From NCBI GenBank assembly GCA_003707115.1, contig PPNB01000012.1:62001-126000 (forward strand): a stretch of 64,000 bases of DNA, read 5' to 3'. This DNA comes from Tortispora ganteri. Lineage: Eukaryota. Positions within the stretch are counted from its first letter, which is position 1. Every line of letters begins with the position of its first letter. The notes under the pieces were generated by a model, which saw only the letters and a list, made by a program, of their open reading frames with translations, ran no database searches and was not told the origin of the DNA. Shown here in pieces: positions 42,850-54,470 of the stretch. The position numbers were made by a program, and so were the translations under genes.

Positions 42850-44325
42850 CTATGACTTGCTCACAAGATAAGCAAGAAGGTCCACTTTAGTTACAACATG
42901 CAACGGGGTCAAATGACCATCAGAACGCTGTGTAACTACAACCGCAGAATTGAACTCGAAGAACTTGTTCAAAGCTGACAGCGGAGTCTCAGTGGTGATC
43001 TCCACGAACTCCTGTCTTTTCTTTTTCTTTCCAGAAGCAAGATCTAGCATCGCATTACTAGCGGGAACATCCTTTAGACGACGGAAATCGGTCATCACGG
43101 CTTCAACGGACGTCGCAGGTTTAGCACGGCCGCTCGAAATATATGACAGCAGGTTGCCTAGTGTAACTATACCAACCAACTCACCAGACTCAGAAAGCAC
43201 AGGCAACTGGTCGAATCCGTTCGCCTGTAGCACTTCAATAGCCTTTGAGGCACTATCTTTACAGGAAATAGTAACAACAGGCTTGAGGTTTAAGTCCTTG
43301 ATAGTAGCATCACCGTACGGGGAGCTCGCAGGCGCAGTATCAAGTTCAAGAGGGAGACCGTGGCTAGCCATCCATGCGTCGTCGACAAATTTAGTAAGGT
43401 AAGATCGAATAGAGTCCGGAAAAATAACAACAACAGTGGCCGTCTCAGGCAGGTCTTTGGCTGCTTCGAAGGCCGCTTGGAGAGCAGACCCTGTAGAACC
43501 TCCAACTAAAATACCCTCTGTCTGGATTACTTCTCTCGCCAGGGCGAAACTGTGCTCATCGTCAGTCTTGATCCATTTGTCGGCAATACTGCGGTCTAAT
43601 ACATCAGGGACAAAGTCGTAACCGATACCTTCAACTTGATACGGCGCAATTCCATCATTGAGCGATTCTGGAAGAGCAAGAATAGAACCCTTGGGGTCAG
43701 CGGCGACAACAGTGATATTAGGATTGTGTTTCTTTAAACCACGAGCAACACCAGTAATAGTTCCACCAGTTCCAGCACCAGCTACAATCATATCGATCTT
43801 TCCCCCAGTTTGTTTCCAGATTTCCTCGGCTGTGCCTTCTTCGTGTGCAGCCGGATTGTTAGGATTGGAGTACTGGTCAAGAATAACAGCGTGAGGAATC
43901 TCTTTTTCCAATCGCTTGGCTACACCTATGTGACTTTCAGGAGCATCCCAGGCAGCTTCGTTAGGTGTTCTAACAATTTCAGCACCTAACGCCCGTAAAA
44001 CAGACACCTTTTCGTGCGACATCTTCTCTGGCATAGTAATTATAGTACGATAGCCGCGTACAGCACCAATAAGTGCAATACCAATACCGGTATTTCCTGA
44101 ACTGGGTTCAATTAAAGTAGTGATACCAGGAGTAATTCTTCCTGATTTTTCAGCCTCATCAATCATCTTCAAGGCAATTCTGTCCTTCACTGATCCGCCA
44201 GCATTGAATAACTCAACCTTCGCCAGAATTCGCGCCTTGATTCCGTGTTTCTTCGGAACCCGGTTCAGTTGAACTAGCGGCGTATTTCCGATAGCTTCAA
44301 GTATATCACGTCTGATTTCTGTCAT
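42850..44325 (-). CDS. CYS4: Cystathionine beta-synthase
   Basis: IGNTPLV, GGSVKDR (PLP Lys), [25 protein letters not shown]-terminal CBS pair ([14 protein letters not shown]). Confidence 0.97.
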   Translation of the reverse strand: MTEIRRDILEAIGNTPLVQLNRVPKKHGIKARILAKVELFNAGGSVKDRIALKMIDEAEKSGRITPGITTLIEPSSGNTGIGIALIGAVRGYRTIITMPEKMSHEKVSVLRALGAEIVRTPNEAAWDAPESHIGVAKRLEKEIPHAVILDQYSNPNNPAAHEEGTAEEIWKQTGGKIDMIVAGAGTGGTITGVARGLKKHNPNITVVAADPKGSILALPESLNDGIAPYQVEGIGYDFVPDVLDRSIADKWIKTDDEHSFALAREVIQTEGILVGGSTGSALQAAFEAAKDLPETATVVVIFPDSIRSYLTKFVDDAWMASHGLPLELDTAPASSPYGDATIKDLNLKPVVTISCKDSASKAIEVLQANGFDQLPVLSESGELVGIVTLGNLLSYISSGRAKPATSVEAVMTDFRRLKDVPASNAMLDLASGKKKKRQEFVEITTETPLSALNKFFEFNSAVVVTQRSDGHLTPLHVVTKVDLLAYLVSKS

Positions 44326-44498
44326 GACTATAATCTAATCGAAAATACCGATGGCGCAATATGGGAGGTGGTGAATTTCGAAAATTTCATTAAGTCATCG
44401 GCTCCGTGTCTGTGATTGGTCAGTTCAACAGCCGTTGCTACAAAGACCGAGTACGCGTTCGTCTTGATTGCAACAATTTTTACTTGTGCTAAAATCAT

Positions 44499-46163
44499 CT
44501 ATGGTTTGCAGCGTCCAGTGTATCTTGGATACAAAGAACAGTCGCGCACAGTGTACCTGTTGCAGAGCCACGCAAGAAGGCGTTCTACACCTAGCCCGTA
44601 TCCGCCATGCGGGCATGTGCCGTAACGGCGTTGATCAATGTACCAGTAATAGGGCTCTGGGCTAATACCTTCGCGCTTGAATCCTTCAAGCAGCTCGTCA
44701 GTGTCATCTATGCGCATAGATCCACCGACAATCTCACCTACACCAGGCATCAATACATCAACTGATTCCGTCACTCGACCATCCTCGGGTGTCTTCTTCA
44801 TGTAGAATGATTTCAAAGTTAATGGGAACTTGTTCAGCAGGATTGGCTGGTTAATCGTATCCGTCATCTTTCGCTCCTCTGCTTCGGCAATGTCGTCGCC
44901 AAACTCAAAGGGTTTGCCCTCTTCGTTGGTAATTTCATGGTCGTTGAGCCACTTTAACGCCTCCTCATACGTCATTCTAAGGAATGGCAGCTTGGGTTTC
45001 TCAAATCCGGGGTTCAGCTTCTGCACAAGTGGCCCGGCAATAGGGTCTTTCAGCACATATTCGACAGCGCGTACAATGACTGTCTCGATATGCGTCAAAA
45101 ACTCGTCAAACGTCAAAAAGGCCAGTTCGCTCTCTAAGTGCGTGTACTCGCTCAAATGGCGTCGTGTATGCGACCGCTCGGCACGAAAACTCTCCTGAAT
45201 GCAGAAAACATCGCCCAGCGAAGGCAATAGCGTCTCAAGGTATAGCTGAGAGCTCTGTGTGAGGTAAGCATCTTCACCGTAGTACTCAAACTTGAATAAA
45301 GTAGATCCGCCTTCTACTTGAGTCTGCACCATGCATGGAGGAGTAACTTCGGTCAAGTGCAAGTCTTTAAATACAGCTCTAAACCCATCTAATACAGCCT
45401 GTCTCACCTTCATGACCGATGACAATGTCTCTCCACGGAGCGTCAAGTGTCGCTGGTCCATGAGCACGCTGGGGTCTGCTCCTTCCTGCACCTTGTTGGT
45501 GAATGCGTCTTGTCCTCCAGGAGCAAGACCAATAACATCGTAATAATCCGCAACCAATTCCCTGTTTCCAGGAGCATGTTTGCCTTCAGGTAAACTGTGA
45601 ATTTTACCGTAAACAGCTACAGTGGACTCTAATGTGAGCGTCTGCGTACGTGCGCAGTTGGCAAGGTCGCCCGATAGCACAACTTGCAGGTATCCTGTAC
45701 CGTCTCGCACTACCATGAACGCCAGGCCTTTTTGCACACGAAGTTGCTGAACCCATCCTTTCACGACTATTCTCTCTCCGCTTTCAGGGTCAGTTTCGAA
45801 TATCCTCTTGGTATCAGCGGGAAGATCGGGCTTCACGATCTGAATAGCTTCAGCTGCAGCGAGTTTCGCCGCGTCCTTCTGAGCTTGAGCCGCTGCCTGT
45901 TGACGGGCCTTCTCTGCTTTCTTTGCTAATCCTTCAGCGCCTTTCTTCGCCTTTTTCAGCCCAGACGCAGAGATCTCCTCGTATTGACCATCTTTCTTTT
46001 GCATCACTTTGGCATCAGGCGCAATATACACAGCATAAGCTGCGCTTTTGAATGGTTTCTCGGCAGAACCATAGCCCGCAGAGTCTTCACCCTCTTCGCT
46101 AACATATACTTCGCTCAACTTGAGCTTCTCGAGACCGCTGGTGGTCTCGTCTAAATGAGTCAT
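44499..46163 (-). CDS. DED81: Cytosolic asparaginyl-tRNA synthetase
   Basis: RDGTGYLQ, QTQVEGGSTLF, YLTQSSQLYLE, SHTRRHLSEY, GEIVGGSMR, PHGGYGLG.ER, YPR..GRCKP. Confidence 0.97.
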   Translation of the reverse strand: MTHLDETTSGLEKLKLSEVYVSEEGEDSAGYGSAEKPFKSAAYAVYIAPDAKVMQKKDGQYEEISASGLKKAKKGAEGLAKKAEKARQQAAAQAQKDAAKLAAAEAIQIVKPDLPADTKRIFETDPESGERIVVKGWVQQLRVQKGLAFMVVRDGTGYLQVVLSGDLANCARTQTLTLESTVAVYGKIHSLPEGKHAPGNRELVADYYDVIGLAPGGQDAFTNKVQEGADPSVLMDQRHLTLRGETLSSVMKVRQAVLDGFRAVFKDLHLTEVTPPCMVQTQVEGGSTLFKFEYYGEDAYLTQSSQLYLETLLPSLGDVFCIQESFRAERSHTRRHLSEYTHLESELAFLTFDEFLTHIETVIVRAVEYVLKDPIAGPLVQKLNPGFEKPKLPFLRMTYEEALKWLNDHEITNEEGKPFEFGDDIAEAEERKMTDTINQPILLNKFPLTLKSFYMKKTPEDGRVTESVDVLMPGVGEIVGGSMRIDDTDELLEGFKREGISPEPYYWYIDQRRYGTCPHGGYGLGVERLLAWLCNRYTVRDCSLYPRYTGRCKP

Positions 46164-46340
46164 TATCTAATAATGTCAATGGTTGTGATGTATCTACACT
46201 AAAACAAATTTATGTCTTTCTGTCCTAGAACCCTTAACCCTGATACTTATCGATAGGTCTTACTGCATACTGATGATCAGTCTGTTGTATATATACTGTT
46301 TGAGCAAACAAGCGCTAGTTCAGGCTCTTGCAGCCTTCCA

Positions 46341-48932
46341 CTACACAGGAGTGTCAATGCTGTTTCGACTTTGCGGAATCGGCGATTCGTTCTCTATGAT
46401 TTTGTCCTCGCCATCTAGCAATTCTTCAGTGCCGCCTTCAGCGGACTTGTGTTGCAGTTGAACTAAATACTGCAACAGCACTTGGTTTCCAATAGCGTGT
46501 GACGCCATAGGACCCAGATGAGCAAATGCTTCTCGGCTATCGTTCACTACATCAGAGTCCGCTCTTTCTATGGAAAACCGTGGTGATGACAGCCCTCGTG
46601 AGCTTTCCGTGGATATCAAAGACGGTACTCCGCTAGCATTGCTCTCGTTTCCCTTGTCAGAGTCCTTGTTGTGCTTAGAAAACGCTAATTCGTCAAGACT
46701 AATAGTACCTTGAGTGTTGGTCTGTGCAACTGCTGCAGCTGCCGCAGATGCTGCCGCTGCCGCCATCTGTCTCGGAGGGTATCCACATCGATCTTTTCCA
46801 AAGTTTATTCGAAGGTTCTTGTACTTCGGCTGTTGCTTAATAGCTTCAATAGCTTTAATGGCATTAGCAATATTAGTGTAGTTCACAAAGGCACATGATT
46901 TCTCTGGTAAACGATTGATTTGTTCAACATCCCCATAAACTGAAAAATCTTCTCTCAATTCTTCTTCCGTAATATCGTCGCCCAGCCCGCCAACATACAC
47001 ATTGCGTGACGCACCGGCTGAAACAGCCAGTGCTATGTTGGCTGGAAGAGGGCCGCTGTGCTTTCCCCATCCAACTTTTAGTCGGCGATTATGCAGAAGC
47101 AGTCCTTGTAAATTAGACAATGCAAAAAATTGCGACGCAGCCGTGGCGTCCACAAAGGTAACAAAGCAGATACGCTTTTCGGGAATGAAGCGTACGTGCT
47201 GGAGTAGGCCTCCGCGCACTACATTACACACTTCCTCTAATTGAGTACCAGGGTGGATAGATCCAAGATAGACAGTTCGGTTGCCGACATTGTCCATACC
47301 TCCAGCTGCAGAAGCAACTGCTGCAGCTGCTGCATTTTGCTGAGCAAGTGTATTTGACAATAGTTCTCTATCTGCAGACATCATTAAATGCTCGTATCCT
47401 GGTGTTATACCAAGATACTGGGCAGCATTCTCTTGTTGCGTTTTTGAAACGTATGCACACCTATCTTTCCCGTAGAAAACCCTTCTGTTTGACCATTTCT
47501 CTTGTAAAGGTAACTGCTGTACACATTTGATCGCAGATGCTATAGAGAGAAAATGAACGAACGCAATATTCTTCTCTGGTAGCCTCTTGATAGCATCTAT
47601 AGGACCAAATCGACTAAGGTCAGATTCTATTTCTTCAGATGTGATATCAGCAGGAAGGTTTCCTAAATAGACATTGCGAGTAGCCCCACTCTGTTCAACA
47701 GCTGCACTAACAGCAGGAGGAACGGCAGAGGGTTTGCCCCAACCTATTTTTAGGTCTTGCCCACGAATATTGAGACGCTTTAGAACAGCATCGGAGTGAA
47801 AATGAACTGCTGAAGCCAAATCCAAGAAAGAAATAAAAGCACAGTTCTTCTCTGGAAAAATGCGACAGGCTTCCACTGTACCCGAATGAACGTGAGAAAG
47901 TAACTCTTCAGGAGTTGTGTCTTCGGGAACGCCTCCCAGATACACAGTTCGGCTTCTCCCAGAAAAATTTCTGCTCGCATTTTCCGACTCATAAGAAGGA
48001 TGATAATTTGGCATACCTGAGAGATTAGGTACAGCATGTGACACGGAGCCCGTATGGTACAGCGAATGAGGCTCTCCATCAGCAGCGTAAACAGGCTGAA
48101 CTGGAATGAATCCAGGATGCATTATAGGAGATGCAGGGTGGTATAAAGCAGGATACATGGTAGGATAAGCAGACACGTATCCGTTTTCCGGGTAATCTTG
48201 TTGATCTGTAGTATTTGAGCTATTGGAAGAATTGCGGAAGTGGCTAGTATATGATTTTGAAGAGCCGGGGTCCGACGGGCGATTCTCTGTTGGTTCATTA
48301 GCATCAGCAGCCGAAGTAGTACCATTGTTCTTCTTAGAACCGGATACGCTACTAGAACGACTTCCGGGTAAGGTGGGACTCGGTGCAATAGAGTACAGGC
48401 CAATATAAGGGGCGGGAGAAAACATCGGAGAGCCTGGTGACTGTTCAGAGAAGAAGCTTGAGGGGAGTCCAATGACATTTTGAGGTTCGGGGGCAATAGA
48501 GGGTGAAGGAGGTGAAGCTCCATTCTCTTTGGAAGAAGATTTGCTCTTGTGCGAAGAAGACTGAGCAGTCGACTTGCGATGCGAAGTAGAAGGCGGATGA
48601 GAGGGATACATGCGCGAGGGGTCGTATTGAAACTGTGGAGCGGGGATCATCTGAGGCGACATTGCCATTTGAAAATGTGGAGAGCCGAATACACCAGAGT
48701 TCGGGGTAGCGTTTTGAAAAGGAGAGCCTATAAGCAATTGAGATGGGATAAGAGACGCTGTGTAATGAATATCGTAAGGAGAGTATGGCTGAGGAGATGC
48801 AGTTGCGTGCACATAATTCGGTAAAGAAGCTCTGTCCAGAGTAGGGACTTTTTGGTTTCTGCGGGGAGTGGCAGTAGTTGTCTGTCCAGGTGCAGGAGCA
48901 GAAGCAGCTTGAGTAGAGATTGATGCGGGCAT
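46341..48932 (-). CDS. MRN1: Four-RRM RNA-binding protein (Mrn1 / S. pombe Nrd1-like)
   Basis: Two tandem RRM pairs (SRTVYLG..GWGK..GATRNVYLG..GKDRC; NRTVYLG..GWGKHSG..GASRNVY..FGKDRC). First ATG at 48932; the ORF-track start is TTG. Confidence 0.9.
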   Translation of the reverse strand: MPASISTQAASAPAPGQTTTATPRRNQKVPTLDRASLPNYVHATASPQPYSPYDIHYTASLIPSQLLIGSPFQNATPNSGVFGSPHFQMAMSPQMIPAPQFQYDPSRMYPSHPPSTSHRKSTAQSSSHKSKSSSKENGASPPSPSIAPEPQNVIGLPSSFFSEQSPGSPMFSPAPYIGLYSIAPSPTLPGSRSSSVSGSKKNNGTTSAADANEPTENRPSDPGSSKSYTSHFRNSSNSSNTTDQQDYPENGYVSAYPTMYPALYHPASPIMHPGFIPVQPVYAADGEPHSLYHTGSVSHAVPNLSGMPNYHPSYESENASRNFSGRSRTVYLGGVPEDTTPEELLSHVHSGTVEACRIFPEKNCAFISFLDLASAVHFHSDAVLKRLNIRGQDLKIGWGKPSAVPPAVSAAVEQSGATRNVYLGNLPADITSEEIESDLSRFGPIDAIKRLPEKNIAFVHFLSIASAIKCVQQLPLQEKWSNRRVFYGKDRCAYVSKTQQENAAQYLGITPGYEHLMMSADRELLSNTLAQQNAAAAAVASAAGGMDNVGNRTVYLGSIHPGTQLEEVCNVVRGGLLQHVRFIPEKRICFVTFVDATAASQFFALSNLQGLLLHNRRLKVGWGKHSGPLPANIALAVSAGASRNVYVGGLGDDITEEELREDFSVYGDVEQINRLPEKSCAFVNYTNIANAIKAIEAIKQQPKYKNLRINFGKDRCGYPPRQMAAAAASAAAAAVAQTNTQGTISLDELAFSKHNKDSDKGNESNASGVPSLISTESSRGLSSPRFSIERADSDVVNDSREAFAHLGPMASHAIGNQVLLQYLVQLQHKSAEGGTEELLDGEDKIIENESPIPQSRNSIDTPV

Positions 48933-50050
48933 TACTAAGTCGCGATGCAAAGAGCTGATCCTAAAAGCGAAGAGGAGTGGTTCGTAAAAGGAGCTTCTGA
49001 AGAAGTATTCGAAACGTGTATGTTCGAACAGAGGATCCAAAAGTTGAGCAGCAGATGATACTCAGTAAAGTGCAAGTCTTAAAGCGGACCGAATAAAGGG
49101 GGAACGCCTAAAATACGACCGAACAGATAATATGCGCCTAAGGAAAGGCTTATAGAGCTGATACAGTATGCAAAAACTAAGAAAGAAAAAAAGGAAGAAA
49201 GTAAGTAAATGCAAGGGTCCAGACCTAAGATGCAAAAAAGCAGGGGCCAGAACAGGCAATTATCAACCAATTAGAATTGCAAAAGCTTTGACGAATGCAA
49301 ATGCAGAAAAGTTAAGCTTCTATATAAAGAAGCAGATTTCACAAAGGAGAACGAGCGGCGTGGTTGTAGGACAGCTACTGGAAACGATCGATGGAATGTT
49401 CGCACGCGCAAAGGGGTGCAGATTTTTGAGGAAAAGATGAAGAGAGGACCTTTATGAAAGGGATTTTTTGAATCTAAAGACGTAGAATCCTTTAAGAATA
49501 TGTTTAGACAAAAAGATCAATGCAAATTTACGCGATCAACAAGCGAATGAAACACTGTAGTCGAAACGAATAAAAAGATAAAGTAATAGGGAGAACTTGC
49601 AAAGGCGCGCTATTGGAACGCGCACAATGAAAACGAAACAAAAAAACAATGATATAAAGAAAAAATTGTACGTTGTATGAACTCTTCAGTTCTATAATAC
49701 TGTACTTAAGAAAAAGAATACGAATAAAATCGATAAAAAGGCGGCGACTGTTCCGGTCTTCGGTTGAGGAGAAAAAGGGAGTCAAAAGGTGGGAAGGGTC
49801 AACTAAGCTTGGGGATGGTATTGTAGGAGTGAGATGAGAATTGGGTGGGAAAAAAAAGTCTAATTGAGCAGTCGGAGGAGAGGGAGGAGAGAGGGGGTAG
49901 GTTAGAAAACTTACAAATTAAGTGGGTTCAGGGTTCTTTATGCGATAATTACCGGCATGCAATTCGTCTGATTCGTCAATACTACCTAACGCGGTTCCAA
50001 CTGTCTTTAAACGGTATTCTTATCGTGCGCGTAAGGGTAGGTCATTCGTT

Positions 50051-52948
50051 CTATTCGTTGAGCAAACGCTCCAGTAGTTCTTGATTCGCTTCGTCCAGTG
50101 CGGCATACACGTCCTGTAGTCTGTTATTATTCATGAGATTCATCGCACATCCTTTGACGAAACCCTTCAACGGAACCTTGTGCGCTGGTCCAGTCTCCTG
50201 TAAACTTAGTCTTCGTCGGTCGCCTTCGTTGAGCGGCGTCTCGAAGGAATAATATACCTCCGAGTCGCCGTTCACCTCATGCACTTCTTCAATCATTAGC
50301 GCGACCAACGACAGTATCTCATTTGCAAGTGTGGTGTCAATCGCGCCATGTGCAAGTATAGCTACCATGCACATCGCATTCAGTTTTTTCTCATTCAATA
50401 CAATAATGCTCGAAAATCGATCAACCCATTCTCTCACAAGATCGTTCATCGTCCGAGATTGCCTGCCAACTGCAACTTTCAATAGCCCGATACCGAACTC
50501 AGCGTCCTTTATTACCAGATACGCAAATACTAGTAGGCTCTTCACTTCGAGTAGCGCATACTTCACATTTTCGTGCAAAATATCCTCAACAAGCACATCC
50601 ACTATCCCTATTGACTTTGTGCTCGTTTGCACGGAAAACAGTGCTCGAAGGTTTTCTCCCTCAAACAGTAGTTCCAACGTGCACAGGATATTGCATATCT
50701 CAACGCCAGAGTTTATTGACACATTAGGTAGTTGCATTATCAGGTTTTTCATTAATTGCACACCGCAGCTCTTGCACAACTCAAATCCATCTAGCAGCAA
50801 GTGCTGCTCAATAATACCGAGCAATAATTCAACGTCTTCAGGCGGTGTCTCCAGTAAGGCCACTGCCATCGGTCCAAATGCTTTAATTTTTTCATCAGGA
50901 TTAGCCGAATTAGTAAGTAATCTCGACCATAAAAGCAATGCATCGTCAATTAAATAAATGTAGTCTGGATTGTTTCGTTGAATAGAGTCCCACAGAAATG
51001 CAAATGAGACTTCATACAATGATTGCGGAATATCTGAGAGATTATCGGCTAAATGCGTAAGTGTTTGTAGAACTGCCACTTTCATTAGCTGTTCATCTTC
51101 GCTGTCTCTCCAAAGTGGTGGCAGTACCGCAAGAACCTGGTCTAATCTATCTTGCACCTTTGACCCACACGACCGAATAAGTATTGCCACTGCTTGTAGT
51201 ACGTAGAGTTTTGTTTCAACCATGTTTAATTCGCTGCAAAGCATAGACATCATTCTATCTAAAAAGAATAGTATGTATGGAGCGAATACATCAGCCTGAA
51301 ATTCCCAATCGTCCACGCAATATCGTAATGCCACCACTGCACTGAAACGCACAACAATATCATTCATTTCATTGGAAGGATCTATAGTCTGTTGCAAAAT
51401 TTTATACACGGCATCTCTGTCATTGCACTGCACAGTAACCCACTGAGATATGACCCAGCATATTCTATGTCTCAAAATCCTAAATGAAGGGTCATTACCT
51501 TGAAGGATAGGAACAAATGAGTTCTTAACAAACAGGTCAAAGTCTATATAATCATGCAAAAAAGTAGCACCTGCACCGAGTGCAGTGTATATTGCATCGC
51601 GGTTCATTATATTGTCGACACTGTCGGACTGTTCAATAAACTGAGCCAACTGAGGAACCATGTGGTCTGTGAACGCGGAGAGCATAACATGGAATATGTT
51701 CTCTGCGCAATGACGTAAATCATATTCCCACGAGGCCTGTGTCTCGTCGTAAATCCATTGCTCGGGATCCTCTTGCCATTGTTCGAGATGTGTCGGCGTC
51801 AGGGGGAAGAATTTCGTCAATAGCAAGTTAGATACGTAGTCAACATACTCGATAGTGAGTATATCATTTTTAGCAATGTGAAATGCAAGTTTAAACTGTT
51901 CATGTTTGTTATTGTCAGTATTTGATCTAACAACAAGTCCTCCTTCGCGTTTGACTATGAAAAGTGCAAGGCTTCGGAACAATTTTAAAGCCTGAAGCGA
52001 AACGTCCTTCCAGAAATCTACATCCATTTCTGGGGTAATTTCTGTAGGGTTTAAACAAAATATATCAGCCTTTGAATCTGCTAGAGATATATATGATCTG
52101 ATTATATTAGGAGCACCAGGCATGAGGACAAACGAGTAGGGCTTTGCTTCGATGATGGCAAGATAGCATTTACCTATACGTAGAATGTGTTTTGCTAGCA
52201 AGATAGACCCGATATCTGTAGATCTGATCTGAAAAAGTTGCGGTAGTGCGTTTGACATTTCCGAAAATATTATGCAAGTGTGTTCAGAGTTCGGCATATT
52301 GTCTACGCAAGAGACTATCAGTTTGCATGCACATTTGAGTGACAGATGTGCAAGCAGCAGGGAGTCTTCGCCTGCTTGCAAGAACTTTGATATGTAGTTA
52401 CGGTATGATTCAACACAGACTGAAAGTATTTGATCAGCCTGGGCAGCTATAGCGGTTTTGCGTCTACCGAATCGAACGTTGATGACGGCTTTCAGGCACT
52501 GGAGTAAACACGACCACAAACGCTCTAGTTGCGTAGATGGGTATTGCGATGTGGCAATACGCGCCAGGATATCATTAAACAAATCAGGCCATTGAATCGG
52601 ATAATCTACTCTTGCTATTGTCGACAAAGCGGCGGTAAGCTGTGCGGCTACTAGAGGATGCGGATCGAGCGCGGCATCTATGACAGTAGCTCGGATTGAT
52701 GCACGTACATCGAGCGGGATTGAAGATTGTGCGCTTCGCCACCTACGAGACACAACATTTTTGAAGTATGCTGCAGCAGCAAACTTTGAGTGCTCTGGAG
52801 CGTCAGGAGCTGTAGCAATACTAAGCAATTCTGTATAGAATCCAGGCATGGATTCTGCTTCTGTCAGCTGGTTGAGCGTCTCAGACTCACCTCCACCCGC
52901 TGACGCTCGTTGAAGTAACTCCTGTAATGTATCACGTGATACTGTCAT
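50051..52948 (-). CDS. KAP120: Importin-beta family karyopherin (importin-11/Kap120-like)
   Basis: IBN_N FKN.V...W, IARVDYP.QWPDL, W.EDPE.W, RDAIY.A.G, VDDWEF; HEAT-repeat composition. Confidence 0.88.
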   Translation of the reverse strand: MTVSRDTLQELLQRASAGGGESETLNQLTEAESMPGFYTELLSIATAPDAPEHSKFAAAAYFKNVVSRRWRSAQSSIPLDVRASIRATVIDAALDPHPLVAAQLTAALSTIARVDYPIQWPDLFNDILARIATSQYPSTQLERLWSCLLQCLKAVINVRFGRRKTAIAAQADQILSVCVESYRNYISKFLQAGEDSLLLAHLSLKCACKLIVSCVDNMPNSEHTCIIFSEMSNALPQLFQIRSTDIGSILLAKHILRIGKCYLAIIEAKPYSFVLMPGAPNIIRSYISLADSKADIFCLNPTEITPEMDVDFWKDVSLQALKLFRSLALFIVKREGGLVVRSNTDNNKHEQFKLAFHIAKNDILTIEYVDYVSNLLLTKFFPLTPTHLEQWQEDPEQWIYDETQASWEYDLRHCAENIFHVMLSAFTDHMVPQLAQFIEQSDSVDNIMNRDAIYTALGAGATFLHDYIDFDLFVKNSFVPILQGNDPSFRILRHRICWVISQWVTVQCNDRDAVYKILQQTIDPSNEMNDIVVRFSAVVALRYCVDDWEFQADVFAPYILFFLDRMMSMLCSELNMVETKLYVLQAVAILIRSCGSKVQDRLDQVLAVLPPLWRDSEDEQLMKVAVLQTLTHLADNLSDIPQSLYEVSFAFLWDSIQRNNPDYIYLIDDALLLWSRLLTNSANPDEKIKAFGPMAVALLETPPEDVELLLGIIEQHLLLDGFELCKSCGVQLMKNLIMQLPNVSINSGVEICNILCTLELLFEGENLRALFSVQTSTKSIGIVDVLVEDILHENVKYALLEVKSLLVFAYLVIKDAEFGIGLLKVAVGRQSRTMNDLVREWVDRFSSIIVLNEKKLNAMCMVAILAHGAIDTTLANEILSLVALMIEEVHEVNGDSEVYYSFETPLNEGDRRRLSLQETGPAHKVPLKGFVKGCAMNLMNNNRLQDVYAALDEANQELLERLLNE

Positions 52949-53165
52949 TTTAAGACGGTATTATAGAAACACCCTTGTGATTTCTAGTGAACTTGGCGTG
53001 TATTTTGTTACGACGCGAAGTAATGACGAAGAGATCTGCTAGTCATTAGCTGTGGGAGGTTGGGTGGGCACACAAGTAGGGTATTGGGTGGGCGACTCTC
53101 TTCTACTAACGCCTCTATAACCTTTGGCAGTACGACATTCACGTTGTACCCCACAAAACGTCATT

Positions 53166-54272
53166 ATGACATACAAATTGGCACAGTTCCTTAGAAATCC
53201 ATATCCAACGCCGCGTGTGGGTCAGCTAGATGCATCGCTGCTGGATGCTGAGCTTGTAGATACCTTAAACAAGCAGCTACTGAGTGCGTTTGACGGGTTC
53301 ATGCCGACGATCAAGACACATCACAGTACCGAGCTGTTAGTGGCTCTTAAGCTGCTTTTGTTCAAATTGACCATCTGGGATCATGGTACGACGTACGGTG
53401 GGCTGCTTCAGAATGTTAAGTTGACAAATTCTAAGGGCCAGCCGGCTACAAAAACCCAACGTGGCCTCTACGGTATAATCACTATCCTCGGCAGCTATGT
53501 CTGGCAGAAGTGCGAAGATACAATGTATAGAGAAGGATGGGAAGACGAACCACATGGATCATGGAGATCACGCGCTTCAGAAATACTTAAATCTGCAAAT
53601 AAGCTCTGGAAAGTGGCAACAGCCCTTTCTTTTGCACTATTCCTCTTCTCGGGACGCTACTCTACGCTGGTGCTACGTATTCTACGTCTACGGTTCACTC
53701 CCGGCCGCGTGGTATCCAGACAGACTTCATTTGAGTTCCAAAACCGCCAACTAGTGTGGAGCGTGATTACCGAGTTCCTCGTCTTCATACTTCCGATGCT
53801 GCGTATTCCGCGGCTCCGTCGACGCTTCGAACGTCTCTTCAACAAGCAGACCAGCGGCGAACTTGACTTCCTGCCCCTGAAGGTATGTGCTATCTGCTAC
53901 AAGGACTCTGATGTAGCTGCCGACATCACAAACCCCTATGAAGCAATTCCCTGCGGTCACATATACTGCTATGTGTGTCTACAGACCAAACTTAGCATCG
54001 AACAGGGCGACGGCTGGGCATGTCTGCGTTGCGGCGAACTTATTAAGTCTGGCAAACCCTGGATAGATGTTGTTGCTCCCCAGGGTTATGAAATTGAACT
54101 TGTCACAGAAAAAGAGATAGCTATTAATGAGAAACCTGCTGTCTCCGCAGACGTGACCGACCCTACAACCGTAGTCGCAGATCAGATTGCACAATCGGAC
54201 GCTTCACAGTCGGAAGACTCGTACTCAGACTCAGAAGCGTTTGAGTACGATGAGGATCAGTTTTCCGATTAG
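53166..54272 (+). CDS. PEX2: Peroxin-2, RING peroxin
   Basis: RVGQLDASLLD.EL, TYG..LQN, SFEFQNRQLVW...TEFL, CAIC..CGHIYCYVC..W.CLRC. Confidence 0.95.
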   Translation: MTYKLAQFLRNPYPTPRVGQLDASLLDAELVDTLNKQLLSAFDGFMPTIKTHHSTELLVALKLLLFKLTIWDHGTTYGGLLQNVKLTNSKGQPATKTQRGLYGIITILGSYVWQKCEDTMYREGWEDEPHGSWRSRASEILKSANKLWKVATALSFALFLFSGRYSTLVLRILRLRFTPGRVVSRQTSFEFQNRQLVWSVITEFLVFILPMLRIPRLRRRFERLFNKQTSGELDFLPLKVCAICYKDSDVAADITNPYEAIPCGHIYCYVCLQTKLSIEQGDGWACLRCGELIKSGKPWIDVVAPQGYEIELVTEKEIAINEKPAVSADVTDPTTVVADQIAQSDASQSEDSYSDSEAFEYDEDQFSD

Positions 54273-54350
54273 ATCTGAGATCGTTTATATGGGCAAACAA
54301 CTAACTAATGGTGAGGCCAATAAGATAAAGAATAGCATGGGGCGCATCTG

Positions 54351-54386
54351 CCGAGGTTTTACCTCTTTTAAACTTTATTTCCCCGC
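54351..54386. promoter_or_regulatory. Candidate CCGAGG (FarA/Por1-type) and CCCCGC (Mig1/CreA-type) sites upstream of the acyl-CoA dehydrogenase
   Basis: CCGAGG at 54351-54356 and CCCCGC at 54381-54386, within 120 nt of ATG 54471. Confidence 0.4.
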
Positions 54387-54470
54387 GGTGCTAGACATAT
54401 ATATTTTGGCACCTGGATTCCCGCCTTTTCAACTTATTTCTGCCATCTCAGAGTGCGCATAAAAAAAAAA

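Noticed and set aside
46271..46330. TGATGA box-C-like motif next to a telobox pair (possible C/D snoRNA)
   Set aside because: No downstream CTGA box D at a suitable distance and no terminal stem.
50331..50957. 208-aa plus-strand ORF
   Set aside because: Antisense shadow of KAP120.
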